DNA from: an uncultured Chloroflexia bacterium | Lineage (GTDB): Bacteria > Chloroflexota > Limnocylindria > Limnocylindrales > CSP1-4 | Direction of reading: 5' to 3' | DNA length: 64,000 bases | Assembly: GCA_963712745.1 (NCBI GenBank) | Contig: CAVQJC010000017.1 | Location: 96,001 to 160,000 of the forward strand | Shown here: positions 20,770 through 31,309 of the stretch, in pieces | How the letters are laid out: each line of letters starts with the position of its first letter | Numbering within the stretch: position 1 is the first letter of the stretch | Position numbers and translations under genes: made by a program | The notes under the pieces: model-generated | What the model saw: the letters and a program-made list of their open reading frames with translations, nothing else | What the model was told of the DNA's origin: nothing | Database searches by the model: none

Positions 20770-22026
20770 ATGACAGCTGTCGCTGTCGCCACGCTGCCCT
20801 GGCGCCAGTTCGCCGGCTGGCGCATCGCCGCCCTGGCGACCATCACCGCGGCCCTGACCGGTCCCGGCCAGACCGTCGGTGTCTCGGTCTTCGTGGACCC
20901 CATGATCGGGGCGCTCGACCTCACGCGCTCCGAGCTGTCCACGGCCTACCTCATCGGCACGCTCATCGGTGCGTTCGCGCTGATGCCCGTGGGCCGCTGG
21001 ATCGACCAGGTCGGGACCCGACGTGCGATGACGCTCATCGGCCTGGCCTTTGGTGGCGGCCTGCTGGTCATGAGCGGCGTGCAGGGATTCGTGACGCTGG
21101 CCCTGGGCTTCACGCTCATCCGCTGGCTGGGACAGGGGTCGCTGCAGCTGGTGAGCACGCTCGCCATCACGCCCTGGTTCGAACGCCGGCGCGGCTTCGC
21201 CTTCGGGCTGTCCACGACGGCCACGGCGATGCTCATGTCGTTCACGCCCATCCTGCTCGGCATCGCCATCGGTCTCTTCGATTGGCGCATCGCGTGGGTC
21301 CTCGCGGCCTTCGCAGTCTGGCTCGTCGTCGTGCCCATCGCGCGCTTCGGCCTCATCGACCGACCATCCGACGTGGGCCAGTATGCCGACGGTGATCCTG
21401 CGCCCCATCCATCGGCGGAACCGCGACCGGTCGCCATCGCGCACACCAGGCGCGAGGCGCTTCGCCAGCCCCGGTTCTGGCTGCTGAGCTTCGTCATCGC
21501 CACCACGGCCATGCTCGGCACGGCTCTCAACTTCCACCAGATCTCGATCCTCGGCGACCAGGGCCTGACGGTCACCGAGGCTGCGGCCATGTTCCTGCCG
21601 CAGATCCTGGGCATGCTCGTGGCCGGACTGATCGTGGGGGCACTGGCCGACCGGGTCGCGGCCCGGTTCCTGCTGCTCGCGTCGATGGCGCTACTGGCGC
21701 TGAGCCTGGTGCTGGCCGCGTTCCTGTCGCCCGGTCCGATGATCCTGGTGTACGCCATCCTGCTCGGCGCCGCCGGTGGATCCAGCCGTCCGCTGATGGC
21801 CACGCTGCTGCCGCGCTGGTATGGGCTAGCGCATATCGGCTCCATCCAGGGCGTGGCCGCGCTGGTCGTGGTCGGGGCATCGTCGGCTGGGCCGGTGGTG
21901 CTCTCGCTGGCCAGCGACTCCATCGACGGCTACGGACCCGCCGCCCTCCTGCTGGTGGCCATGCCCGTGGTCATCGGCCTGGCTGCGCTGACCATCTCCG
22001 AGCCGGAGTTCAGGCCTCAACCGTAG
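20770..22026 (+). CDS. MFS transporter
   Basis: About 12 TM segments; GPGQT, GRWIDQVG, WFERRRG, GALADRV. Confidence 0.9.
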   Translation: MTAVAVATLPWRQFAGWRIAALATITAALTGPGQTVGVSVFVDPMIGALDLTRSELSTAYLIGTLIGAFALMPVGRWIDQVGTRRAMTLIGLAFGGGLLVMSGVQGFVTLALGFTLIRWLGQGSLQLVSTLAITPWFERRRGFAFGLSTTATAMLMSFTPILLGIAIGLFDWRIAWVLAAFAVWLVVVPIARFGLIDRPSDVGQYADGDPAPHPSAEPRPVAIAHTRREALRQPRFWLLSFVIATTAMLGTALNFHQISILGDQGLTVTEAAAMFLPQILGMLVAGLIVGALADRVAARFLLLASMALLALSLVLAAFLSPGPMILVYAILLGAAGGSSRPLMATLLPRWYGLAHIGSIQGVAALVVVGASSAGPVVLSLASDSIDGYGPAALLLVAMPVVIGLAALTISEPEFRPQP

Positions 22027-22074
22027 TCCGGCAGCCATGGCCCCGGCGCCTCGATCTCCTTCCGCGCGAACCGC

Positions 22075-22125
22075 TTGACAAGCCCCTGCGCATCGCTATA
22101 CTTCGACAAAGACTCTACAAAGTCT
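22075..22125 (+). promoter_or_regulatory. Sigma70 promoter with a downstream inverted repeat
   Basis: TTGACA-16-TATACT; AGACT-N6-AGTCT at 22110-22125. Confidence 0.7.
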
Positions 22126-22168
22126 ATACAGCTAGGAACGAAGCAAGAGCGGAACAGGGAGACATCAC

Positions 22169-24700
22169 GTGTTCGAATGGATCGCGAGCGGGTTCGCTCG
22201 CTTCACGACGCGGCGTCCGTGGCTCGCGATCATCGCGGTCCTCGCCGTCGCCATCGGCCTCAGTGCCATGGGTCGCCCGGAGATGTCCAACGACAGCTCC
22301 GAGTTCGCCCCCGACGACCCCGCCATCGCCGCGTCGGAGCGCATCGAGACGCTGTTCGGTGAGGATTCGACGGTCACGCCCCTGCAGATCGTGCTGGTCT
22401 CGGAGTCGGGAGACATCGTCACCACCGACGGTCTCGCGGCTGCGACCGGTGTGGCCGAGGCCATCGAGTCCGTCGAGATCGACGGCGTCCGCCTGGCCGA
22501 CAGGCTCGTCGAGCAGCCCGGCGTGGGCGCCATCACCTCATTCATGACGCCGGTGGACGCGGCTGTCGCCAGCGGCGCACCCATGCCCACCACCGACGCC
22601 GAGGTCAAGGCCATGGTCGAAGCCGGCCTGGAGCGTGCTCCGGCCGCTCAGGCCGAGCTGCTCTCGAGTCTCTTCGAGGGTGGACTCGAGTCGGGCAGCA
22701 CCGCCGCCAGCGGCCTGATGCTGGCGTTCGTGGAGAGCCCCGTCAACGCCGAGGAGTCGGCCCTGCTGGTCGAGCTCCAGGGTCAGCTCGATGCTGCTCT
22801 CCAGTCGGCCAGCTTCGCTGACGTCTCCACCCTCCCGTTCTCCATCCAGCTCATCCAGAAGGCCGGCGAGGACTCTGCCATCGAGATCCCTCTGCTGCTC
22901 TTCGCTGCCATCGGCATCATCGGCCTGGCGATGCTCTTCGTGTTCTGGACCAGTGCTCCCATGCGCCGCTTCCAGCGGGTTCGCCGCACGGCCGCCGACA
23001 CGCTCCTGGCCCTGCTCGTGGTCATCTTCGCCATCACCACCACCGACGGCGCGGCTGTCCTGCTCGGCCCAGGCGGGCTGGGCCTCATCGGCAACGTCTC
23101 CGGCCCCAGCTCGATCGTCTCCATCCTCCTGGTCGGCCTGGGCGTCGACTACGCCATCCATCTCAACTCTGCCTACCGCAAGGGTCTGGGCACCGGAGCG
23201 TCGGTCCAGACCGCGATGTCACGCAGCGTGCGCATCGTGGGCGGCGCCCTGGTCCTCTCTGCCCTTACCACGTCTTTCGGCTTCCTGACCAACGTCTTCG
23301 CGGGCTCGACCGCGCTGCTGACCTTCGGCGTCCTGGCCACCGTCGGCATCGTCGCTGCCTTCGTCTACGCCACCCTGCTCTTCCCTGCGGCCCGCGTCCT
23401 GCTCGACCGACGAGCGGCCTCGGCCGACAAGCTGCCGGCCGAGGCTTTCGCCACGTCCGAGGCCAGCTGGATCGACCGACTGACCGGTGCCACGGCGGTC
23501 ATCCCGCGGCGCGCGCCCTGGGCCGCCGTCGGCATCGCAGCGGTGCTGCTGATGGCCGGCATCTTCACCGCCACCAATCTCCGGTCGGGCTTCAGCTTCC
23601 TCGACTTCGTGCCTGAGGGCGCAGCCGTCCGAGCTGCGGCGGCTGAACTCGAAGACCGCTTCGACGGCGGCCTCGGCGAGACCACCAGCGTCATCGTCGA
23701 CGGCGACATCACCGAGCCTGCGGCCTGGAACGCCACGCTCGCCGCGACTGCCGCTGCCGGGTCGTTCGCGGACATCGTCGACATCGACGGCCAGCCGCTC
23801 GTCCAGTCACCGCAGGAACTCGTCGCTTCACTGACCACGGCCGGGTCGCCCGCGTTCGACCCGGCGGTCACGGCAGCGGTCGCGGCTGCGGGGCTCGACG
23901 CCTCGCTGGAGGCTTCTGCCGACGCGGACCTCGCTTCGGTGCTCGAGGCCGTGCGGTCGGTCGCGCCTGCCGAGCTCGCCGCGGTGTACACCTCTGAAGC
24001 GTCGCTCTACACCTTCACCAGCCAGGCCGGGACCGATGGCGCGCTCCAGCTCGCTGCCGATCTCGAGGCGGCGTTCGGCGCCGCATCCGTCGCGACCTCG
24101 CAGGAGATCATCGACGCCGCGGTGGTCGAAAGCACCTCGGTCACGCAGGTGCAGAGCCTCATCCTCGCGCTGCTCGGCGCCGGGGCACTGCTGATGCTGA
24201 ACTACTTCGTCTCTGACCGACGCCCGATGCTGGGCCTGCTCACCATCGTCCCGGTCGGTGGCGTGGTCATCCTGCTCTACGCCTTCATGGTCCTGGTGGG
24301 CATCGAGTTCGGTCCGGTCACGGCCACGCTGGCCGCGGTGGTCATCGGCGTCGGCGTCGACTACACCATCCACGTCACGCATCGGTTCCAGGAGTTCCGG
24401 CGCGAGGGCCTCGGCGTGGACCGGGCCATCACCGAGACGCTCGGCACCACCGGGTCGGCACTGCTGGCCTCGGCCGTCACGACCAGCCTTGGCTTCGCCA
24501 TCCTGACGCAGTCGTCGCTGATCCCCTTCCAGCAGCTGGGCTGGCTGACCCTCGTGGCCATCGCCGGTTCTGCCCTGGTCTCGGTGCTGGTGCTGCCCTC
24601 GATGCTGACCATCTACGCCCGCCGCTCCGAGCGCTCCTCCCAGGAGCCCGAGGGCGAGGCCATCCCGGTGCTCAGCGGCACCAGCCAGTCCCAGGCCTGA
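22169..24700 (+). CDS. MMPL/RND-family transporter
   Basis: Two repeats with GLGVDYAIH and GVGVDYTIH, SALTTSFGF. Confidence 0.9.
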   Translation: MFEWIASGFARFTTRRPWLAIIAVLAVAIGLSAMGRPEMSNDSSEFAPDDPAIAASERIETLFGEDSTVTPLQIVLVSESGDIVTTDGLAAATGVAEAIESVEIDGVRLADRLVEQPGVGAITSFMTPVDAAVASGAPMPTTDAEVKAMVEAGLERAPAAQAELLSSLFEGGLESGSTAASGLMLAFVESPVNAEESALLVELQGQLDAALQSASFADVSTLPFSIQLIQKAGEDSAIEIPLLLFAAIGIIGLAMLFVFWTSAPMRRFQRVRRTAADTLLALLVVIFAITTTDGAAVLLGPGGLGLIGNVSGPSSIVSILLVGLGVDYAIHLNSAYRKGLGTGASVQTAMSRSVRIVGGALVLSALTTSFGFLTNVFAGSTALLTFGVLATVGIVAAFVYATLLFPAARVLLDRRAASADKLPAEAFATSEASWIDRLTGATAVIPRRAPWAAVGIAAVLLMAGIFTATNLRSGFSFLDFVPEGAAVRAAAAELEDRFDGGLGETTSVIVDGDITEPAAWNATLAATAAAGSFADIVDIDGQPLVQSPQELVASLTTAGSPAFDPAVTAAVAAAGLDASLEASADADLASVLEAVRSVAPAELAAVYTSEASLYTFTSQAGTDGALQLAADLEAAFGAASVATSQEIIDAAVVESTSVTQVQSLILALLGAGALLMLNYFVSDRRPMLGLLTIVPVGGVVILLYAFMVLVGIEFGPVTATLAAVVIGVGVDYTIHVTHRFQEFRREGLGVDRAITETLGTTGSALLASAVTTSLGFAILTQSSLIPFQQLGWLTLVAIAGSALVSVLVLPSMLTIYARRSERSSQEPEGEAIPVLSGTSQSQA

Positions 24701-24724
24701 TCCGCTTATCCCTCCACGGTATCC

Positions 24725-24764
24725 ACCGGGCCCAGCCCTACCTCTCCGGGGCTGGGCCTCGGTG
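24725..24764 (+). terminator. GC-rich hairpin after the MMPL gene
   Basis: CACCGGGCCCAGCCC...GGGCTGGGCCTCGGTG; no clear U-tract. Confidence 0.5.
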
Positions 24765-24855
24765 ATTCTCGCGCGAAGTTGGGGAATATCGACTAGAGCG
24801 CTTCCCCTTTAGGTGCAGAGCCGGGACAATCCCGGTTCAGACACGAGGGAGCGAC

Positions 24856-25419
24856 GTGGACGAGCAGCTCGTTCGCCTGGCGCAGGGTGGGGACCAGGAG
24901 GCCTTTCGGTCGCTGGTCGTCGCTAACCATGCGCGCCTGCTTCGTGTGGCCCAGGGCGTACTGCGCGACCCGCATGTCGCCGAGGACGCGGTGCAGCAGG
25001 CCTTCCTCGATATCTGGCGGGACCTCCGCCGCCTGCGCGACGCCGGCAAGTTCGAAGGGTGGAGCTACAAGCTCCTGCTTCGGGTCTGCTATGCCGAGGC
25101 CAGGCGCATGCCGCGGTGGGTGCCCGACAGTCAGATCCCGGCAGCCGCCCGGCCGCGTGTCGGCGACGTCTTGGGCGTCGTCGTCGACCGTGACCAGCTC
25201 TCCCGGGGCTTCCAGCAACTCTCGACCGACCATCGGGCGGTCATCGTCCTGCGCTACCTCATGGACCTGTCTCCGGAGCAGGTCGCGGACGCGCTCGACA
25301 TCCCGCGTAAGACCGTTTACTCCCGCCTCGGCCGAGCCATGGACGCGCTTCGTGCCGCGCTCGAAGCCGAAGACCGATCCGCGATGCCCGTGCCGGTCAG
25401 CCAGGAGCCCGCCTCATGA
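24856..25419 (+). CDS. ECF RNA polymerase sigma factor
   Basis: AEDAVQQAF, FEGWSYKL, region 4 TVYSRLGRA. Confidence 0.92.
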   Translation: MDEQLVRLAQGGDQEAFRSLVVANHARLLRVAQGVLRDPHVAEDAVQQAFLDIWRDLRRLRDAGKFEGWSYKLLLRVCYAEARRMPRWVPDSQIPAAARPRVGDVLGVVVDRDQLSRGFQQLSTDHRAVIVLRYLMDLSPEQVADALDIPRKTVYSRLGRAMDALRAALEAEDRSAMPVPVSQEPAS

Positions 25420-26210
25420 ACGACGAGCGCTTCCTCAAGGACTGGCTGCGGGACACCACCGATGAGCGTTCCGATGCTCACGCAGCCGCCGAACACATCG
25501 TCGCGCGGCTGCCCCGGACGCGGCAACGAAGCCGTTGGTGGCCGCTGCTGCCGAGGCGACGTCGCAGCCCCAGCGAAGACAGGACAACGAACCTCGAAGG
25601 GAGGACCCGACTCATGCTCAGCCCCACCAAGGCCATCGCCGCCGGCGCGCTGGTGTTCCTGACCGGTGGCCTGCTCCTGGTGGCAGCGCCCATCGGGACC
25701 GAACCCGCCGGAGTCCCGGGCGCCCAAGTTTCCGCGGACACGCCGCCTTCGCTGTTCCACGGCCGGGTGTTGCCCGCCTGGACCGAGGTGACACTCGAGT
25801 CGGCGGTCGCCGGCACGCGTGACGACGGCTCGACCTTCGAGTATGGGTCCGGGTGGGTGGGAAGCAGCCTGACGACCAACGACCCACGCATGGGCGGCCG
25901 GCTCGACTGGATGTGGAACGGTGACGAACCACCGGTAGCAGATCCGCCGGCCGAGCTGACGGGCGGCATCGGGACCGTCCTGGTGCGCGTCGCGAACGAC
26001 GGCGGAACGTGGACCGGTAGCACCACCTGGATGAGCCTGGATGACCCCGACTGGGAATCGCTCAGCGGGTGGCTTACCGGAGCCGGTGGCTACGAAGGCC
26101 TGATGGCCTACGTGGCGATGGACGCCAACGACTACGAGGTGATGGGGTACATCACGCCCTATGGCCCGCCACCGGTCCCGGAGGGCTTCCCTCGCGACAG
26201 CGAGACCTAG
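25416..26210 (+). CDS. Putative single-TM anti-sigma factor
   Basis: ATGA-coupled to ECF; N-terminal LKDWL helix, TM, extracellular beta-domain (DPRMGG, GAGGYEGL). Confidence 0.7.
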   Translation: MNDERFLKDWLRDTTDERSDAHAAAEHIVARLPRTRQRSRWWPLLPRRRRSPSEDRTTNLEGRTRLMLSPTKAIAAGALVFLTGGLLLVAAPIGTEPAGVPGAQVSADTPPSLFHGRVLPAWTEVTLESAVAGTRDDGSTFEYGSGWVGSSLTTNDPRMGGRLDWMWNGDEPPVADPPAELTGGIGTVLVRVANDGGTWTGSTTWMSLDDPDWESLSGWLTGAGGYEGLMAYVAMDANDYEVMGYITPYGPPPVPEGFPRDSET

Positions 26211-26277
26211 ACGAACGGCCGGGCCCAGCACTCGACGGTGTCGTGGTGCCGGGCCCATGCCGCCCAGATGCCCCGCA

Positions 26278-26375
26278 CGGTGCGCCAGTCGTCCTCACCG
26301 ACGAGCGCGGCATTGCCACGCTTGCCGGTCATGCGGATGGGCTCATGTGACTGCTGCACCTCGTACGCAATGCCG
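26278..26375 (-). pseudogene. Phd/YefM antitoxin fragment
   Basis: EVQQSHEPIRMTGKRGNAALVGEDDWR resembles the YefM/Phd core; no start codon and no toxin. Confidence 0.65.
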
Positions 26376-26397
26376 TCCGCTCGACCACTTGACGGCG

Positions 26398-27219
26398 TCA
26401 GGCCGGCTCGTCGACGAGGCGAGGCATGGCGCCGCGGATCGTGCCGCGGTGGAAGAGGACACGGCCGGAGGCGAGGGACGCGGTCAACCCGGCGGGCTCG
26501 GACCGCAGCAGCTCTCCGCCGGCCTCGAGCACACAGCTGCCGGCCTCGTCGGGCGGCAGCACCGCGATCACCTCGCGTGCCGCGTCGAGCATCCGGTGCC
26601 ACCTGCGCCCCAGGTCGGCAGCATCGGGAGGGTCGCCCTCGAACGTCAGCTGTGCGACTTCCTCGGCGGAGTATCGCCCGCTGCGCGCGGCACCTTCGAT
26701 GATGGCGGCAGGCCCGAAGCCGGGATCCTTGCCCGACGCAGCCCAGGCCAGGTACCCGAGGGGCTGGACCCGCTCGTCACTGGCGACGATATCCACCCAG
26801 TCCCGGACCTCGAGCCGGCCGACCAACGCCAGCACCTTGTTGGTCGCGAGGTCGAAGGGATGCAGCGTGAGCCCGAGCTCGTCGTGCTCCTGGAGCGGGA
26901 AGAAGCGGAACGCGCTGTCACGAGCCCACTCCAGCCGGGCCCGGTCGGAACCGTCGTCGACCTCGACCTCGACCAGCCCGACGCGCTCGCGCAGCACGCG
27001 CACGTCGAGTCCGTCTCGCTCGAGGAGCTTGCGGTCCGCGAGCCAGCTCGACTCGAGCGCTTCGTTCGTGTCGTGGAAGAGGTCGACATCGCGCGAGACC
27101 CGCGACGCCCCGATGAGTTCGTTGAGCGCGACGCCCCCGGCAACGTAGCTCTCGCCCGAAGCGATGCGACTCTCGGCTAGGAGCCGACAGACGCGTCGCT
27201 GGAGTCCTGTGAGAGCCAT
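26398..27219 (-). CDS. AbiEii/DUF1814-like nucleotidyltransferase toxin
   Basis: YVAGGVALN..RVSRDVDLF, DLATNKVLAL..R.EVRDWVD. Confidence 0.8.
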   Translation of the reverse strand: MALTGLQRRVCRLLAESRIASGESYVAGGVALNELIGASRVSRDVDLFHDTNEALESSWLADRKLLERDGLDVRVLRERVGLVEVEVDDGSDRARLEWARDSAFRFFPLQEHDELGLTLHPFDLATNKVLALVGRLEVRDWVDIVASDERVQPLGYLAWAASGKDPGFGPAAIIEGAARSGRYSAEEVAQLTFEGDPPDAADLGRRWHRMLDAAREVIAVLPPDEAGSCVLEAGGELLRSEPAGLTASLASGRVLFHRGTIRGAMPRLVDEPA

Positions 27220-27473
27220 CGTCTCAGCGTAGCCGCTTGACGAAACGCCTGGAGGTCGCCATGACGTTCGATCGTCCCCAGGACGCGCACGCGCTCCTCG
27301 TTCGTCGCCGGGTAGTAGTCGGGTCGCAGGAACCAGAGACAGGCGATCCGCTGCTCGTCGACCAAGCGGTCCACGGCGGTCGCGAGCATGGCGTCGTCAG
27401 GCCTCGTCGTGTCCGCGCCTTCGGCTTTGGCGGAGCGAGGTCCATCGGTCGGAGGCCCGGTCGTAGGCGGCAT
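27177..27473 (-). CDS. Putative antitoxin of the AbiEii-like toxin
   Basis: Small helical ORF (CLWFLRPDY..VLGTIERHG) overlapping the toxin start; TACAGT 6 nt upstream of the ATG. Confidence 0.65.
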   Translation of the reverse strand: MPPTTGPPTDGPRSAKAEGADTTRPDDAMLATAVDRLVDEQRIACLWFLRPDYYPATNEERVRVLGTIERHGDLQAFRQAATLRRWLSQDSSDASVGS

Positions 27474-27746
27474 ACCCCCACTGTACGAGGCTCGCGGGCC
27501 GGCGCCAACCTCTTTCCTGGGTCTCGAGCACGCTCGACGACGATGGCCAGCTGCGAGACCCACCGCAGGAGCCCCGCACTCCGCTGCTCGAGCAGGTCAA
27601 GGTGGCGACCGATCCGCGTGTCATCGCCCCCGAGGTCTCGCAGAAACGCTTCCACACCGGGGCGCCAGTCCGAGTCTCCCGGCACCATCACCACGGCGTC
27701 CTTGGTCCGGCCCGGGAACGCAAGCGGCACGCCGGCGCCTCGTCTG

Positions 27747-29150
<1,404 letters not shown>

Positions 29151-29250
29151 CGATACCTCCCTCAGGGCTCCTGAGGGTATCGCGAACTGCCGCGCCAGTT
29201 CAGGACGACCGGCCCTTGAGTGCGTGCTGCGCCAGCGCGAGGATCCACGT

Positions 29251-29976
29251 GTGGCTGACACGGGGGACATCGGTCTCGAAACCGTGCCGCCCGGCGCCGT
29301 GACGGAACCGCCCCGGCTCAGCGGCGCGGTCAAGGTGCTGTCCGACGCCAGTCACGCGGCCTTCGGCATCGCCAACCGATGGGTCATGGTGCCGTCGCAC
29401 CAGGCCGGCCTTGCCTCCTGGCTGGGCAACCCTGCGACCGGCTGGCAGTGCCTGCTCACGACGACGGGCAGGCGCTCACGACTACGAAGACCGGCGCCCC
29501 TGGGCTACATCATCATGGATGGGGCGGCCTGGGTCATGGCCGGCTACGGCCCCAGGACAGCTTGGTACCGCAATATCCTGTCTGACCCCCACGTCGAGTT
29601 CCGGTTGCCGGGACGGGCCCCATTCGCGGCGGTAGCCGAGGAGGTCCGCGACCCGGTACGCCGCGCGCGTATCATCCCGCCCCTCTGCCGCTCGATGGCG
29701 CTGCCGGGCTCCATGATCGGTTGCTTCCCACCGACCGCCACCGACGAGCGCATCCTTGATCGCGTCTCATGGGTGCCACTCGTGCGCATCTCACCCGCGG
29801 ACGGACGGCCGCTCGAACCTGGCCCGGATGATCCCGGCGGGCGCGGCTGGATGTGGCGGCAGGCGGCTGTCGCGGGGCTGATCATCGGGCTATCGCTCGT
29901 GGCTCTCGCTGCGCGGACACGCCGACCGGACGTTGACCAGCGCCGTCGCACGCGCACGGCGCCGCGCCCCGCGTGA
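29251..29976 (+). CDS. Deazaflavin (F420)-dependent nitroreductase-family protein with C-terminal TM
   Basis: [26 protein letters not shown]. Confidence 0.8.
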   Translation: MADTGDIGLETVPPGAVTEPPRLSGAVKVLSDASHAAFGIANRWVMVPSHQAGLASWLGNPATGWQCLLTTTGRRSRLRRPAPLGYIIMDGAAWVMAGYGPRTAWYRNILSDPHVEFRLPGRAPFAAVAEEVRDPVRRARIIPPLCRSMALPGSMIGCFPPTATDERILDRVSWVPLVRISPADGRPLEPGPDDPGGRGWMWRQAAVAGLIIGLSLVALAARTRRPDVDQRRRTRTAPRPA

Positions 29977-30083
29977 CGGCCAGGTCACAGGACCTTTATC
30001 GAGGCGTCACAGGCCACGTCCATCCTGCCGACTCGATGGCCGCAACCCCCGCGGCCACGTGGCAGGAATAGGAGACGGTCCCC

Positions 30084-30725
30084 ATGCGAAGAATGACGAC
30101 GATCGGTGCTGCCGCGGTGCTGGCCCTGGCCTTGGCCCCCGCGAGCGCACTGGCGCAGGACGACATGTCGGACGAGATGTCCGACGACGACATGATGATG
30201 GGGACCATGGTGCCCCACCCCTCGCACATCCACGCAGGTGATTGCTCGATGCCGGGCGACCCGGTCGTGGCGCTCAACGATGTGGGCGTGGTCGGCAACG
30301 ATGCCCAGGGCGCGGCGTCGCACATCCACGTGGACATCGGCCTGTCCACGGTCGAGCTTCCGCTCGAGGCCATCCTCGCCGAGGACCACTCCATCATGGT
30401 CCACGAGAGCGCCGGTGAGGGCATGGGCACGATCCTGGTCTGTGGCGCCATCGGCGGCCACGACGTGAACGGCTCGTTCCTGGTCGGCCTTGGCCCTGTG
30501 GGCGACTCGGGCTACTCGGGTATCGCCTGGCTGACCGACAAGGGCGACGGGACCACCGATGTCCAGGTCACCATCTCGCACTCGGGCGCCACCGAGTCGA
30601 TGGGCATGGACGACGACATGTCCGACGACATGGACGACTCCGACGACATGTCCGACGACATGGACGACTCCGACGACATGTCCGACGACATGGACGACGA
30701 CATGGACGAGGGCGACGACTCCTAG
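30084..30725 (+). CDS. Secreted His-motif (CHRD/SodC-like) protein with Met/Asp-rich tails
   Basis: Signal peptide; HPSHIHAGDC, IMVHES, CG; MDDSDDMSDD repeats. Confidence 0.75.
   Translation: MRRMTTIGAAAVLALALAPASALAQDDMSDEMSDDDMMMGTMVPHPSHIHAGDCSMPGDPVVALNDVGVVGNDAQGAASHIHVDIGLSTVELPLEAILAEDHSIMVHESAGEGMGTILVCGAIGGHDVNGSFLVGLGPVGDSGYSGIAWLTDKGDGTTDVQVTISHSGATESMGMDDDMSDDMDDSDDMSDDMDDSDDMSDDMDDDMDEGDDS
30607..30710 (+). repeat. Coding 30-bp tandem repeat (MDDSDDMSDD)
   Basis: ATGGACGACTCCGACGACATGTCCGACGAC units. Confidence 0.85.
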
Positions 30726-30747
30726 TCCAGCGAATCCGGCCGAGGAC

Positions 30748-31263
30748 TCAGTCCGGGTCTTCGGCCGCCCACCCCTGCTGCGACTTGCGCAGGTGCTTGA
30801 GTGCCCAGTCGTAGTGGCTCGTGGTGGCTGAGACCGCGTAGCTGCCGACCGAGGTCGAGCCGGTCCAGCGGTGCCGCTTCTTCTCGAAGAGCTCGTCGTC
30901 GGAGTACGACTCGATGACCACACGGACCTTGCTGTGAGACTCGCGCAGGCGCTCGACCACCTCCTCCCACGGGTCATCCAGGTGCCCCGCGTGGATCTCC
31001 ATGTTCAGCGCCGGGGTGGTTCTCCAGGAGTAGCCCGGGGCCGGCATCTCGGCCACTTCGCCGGTACGTCCGACCCGCTCCCACTGGAGGAACATGCGAT
31101 GCCAGGCATCGAGGTGCGCGAGCATGTCCTTGACCGACCCTCGCGGATAGTCAGACGGGCCCAGCCTGCGCTCGGGCGGGACCGCGCCCACGGCGTCCAT
31201 GAGCTGATCAAAGTCGCCGGTCGTGCGCGCCAGCAGCTCCGTGCGCGATGCTGGCCTGCTCAT
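30748..31263 (-). CDS. ClbS/DfsB (DUF1706, DinB-like) four-helix bundle protein
   Basis: VKDMLAHLDAWH, PAPGYSW..LN, SHYDWA. Confidence 0.85.
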   Translation of the reverse strand: MSRPASRTELLARTTGDFDQLMDAVGAVPPERRLGPSDYPRGSVKDMLAHLDAWHRMFLQWERVGRTGEVAEMPAPGYSWRTTPALNMEIHAGHLDDPWEEVVERLRESHSKVRVVIESYSDDELFEKKRHRWTGSTSVGSYAVSATTSHYDWALKHLRKSQQGWAAEDPD

Positions 31264-31309
31264 GACCGACAGCATGCGCGGTGACGCTGCCTCGTCACAG
31301 GGCCGGAGG

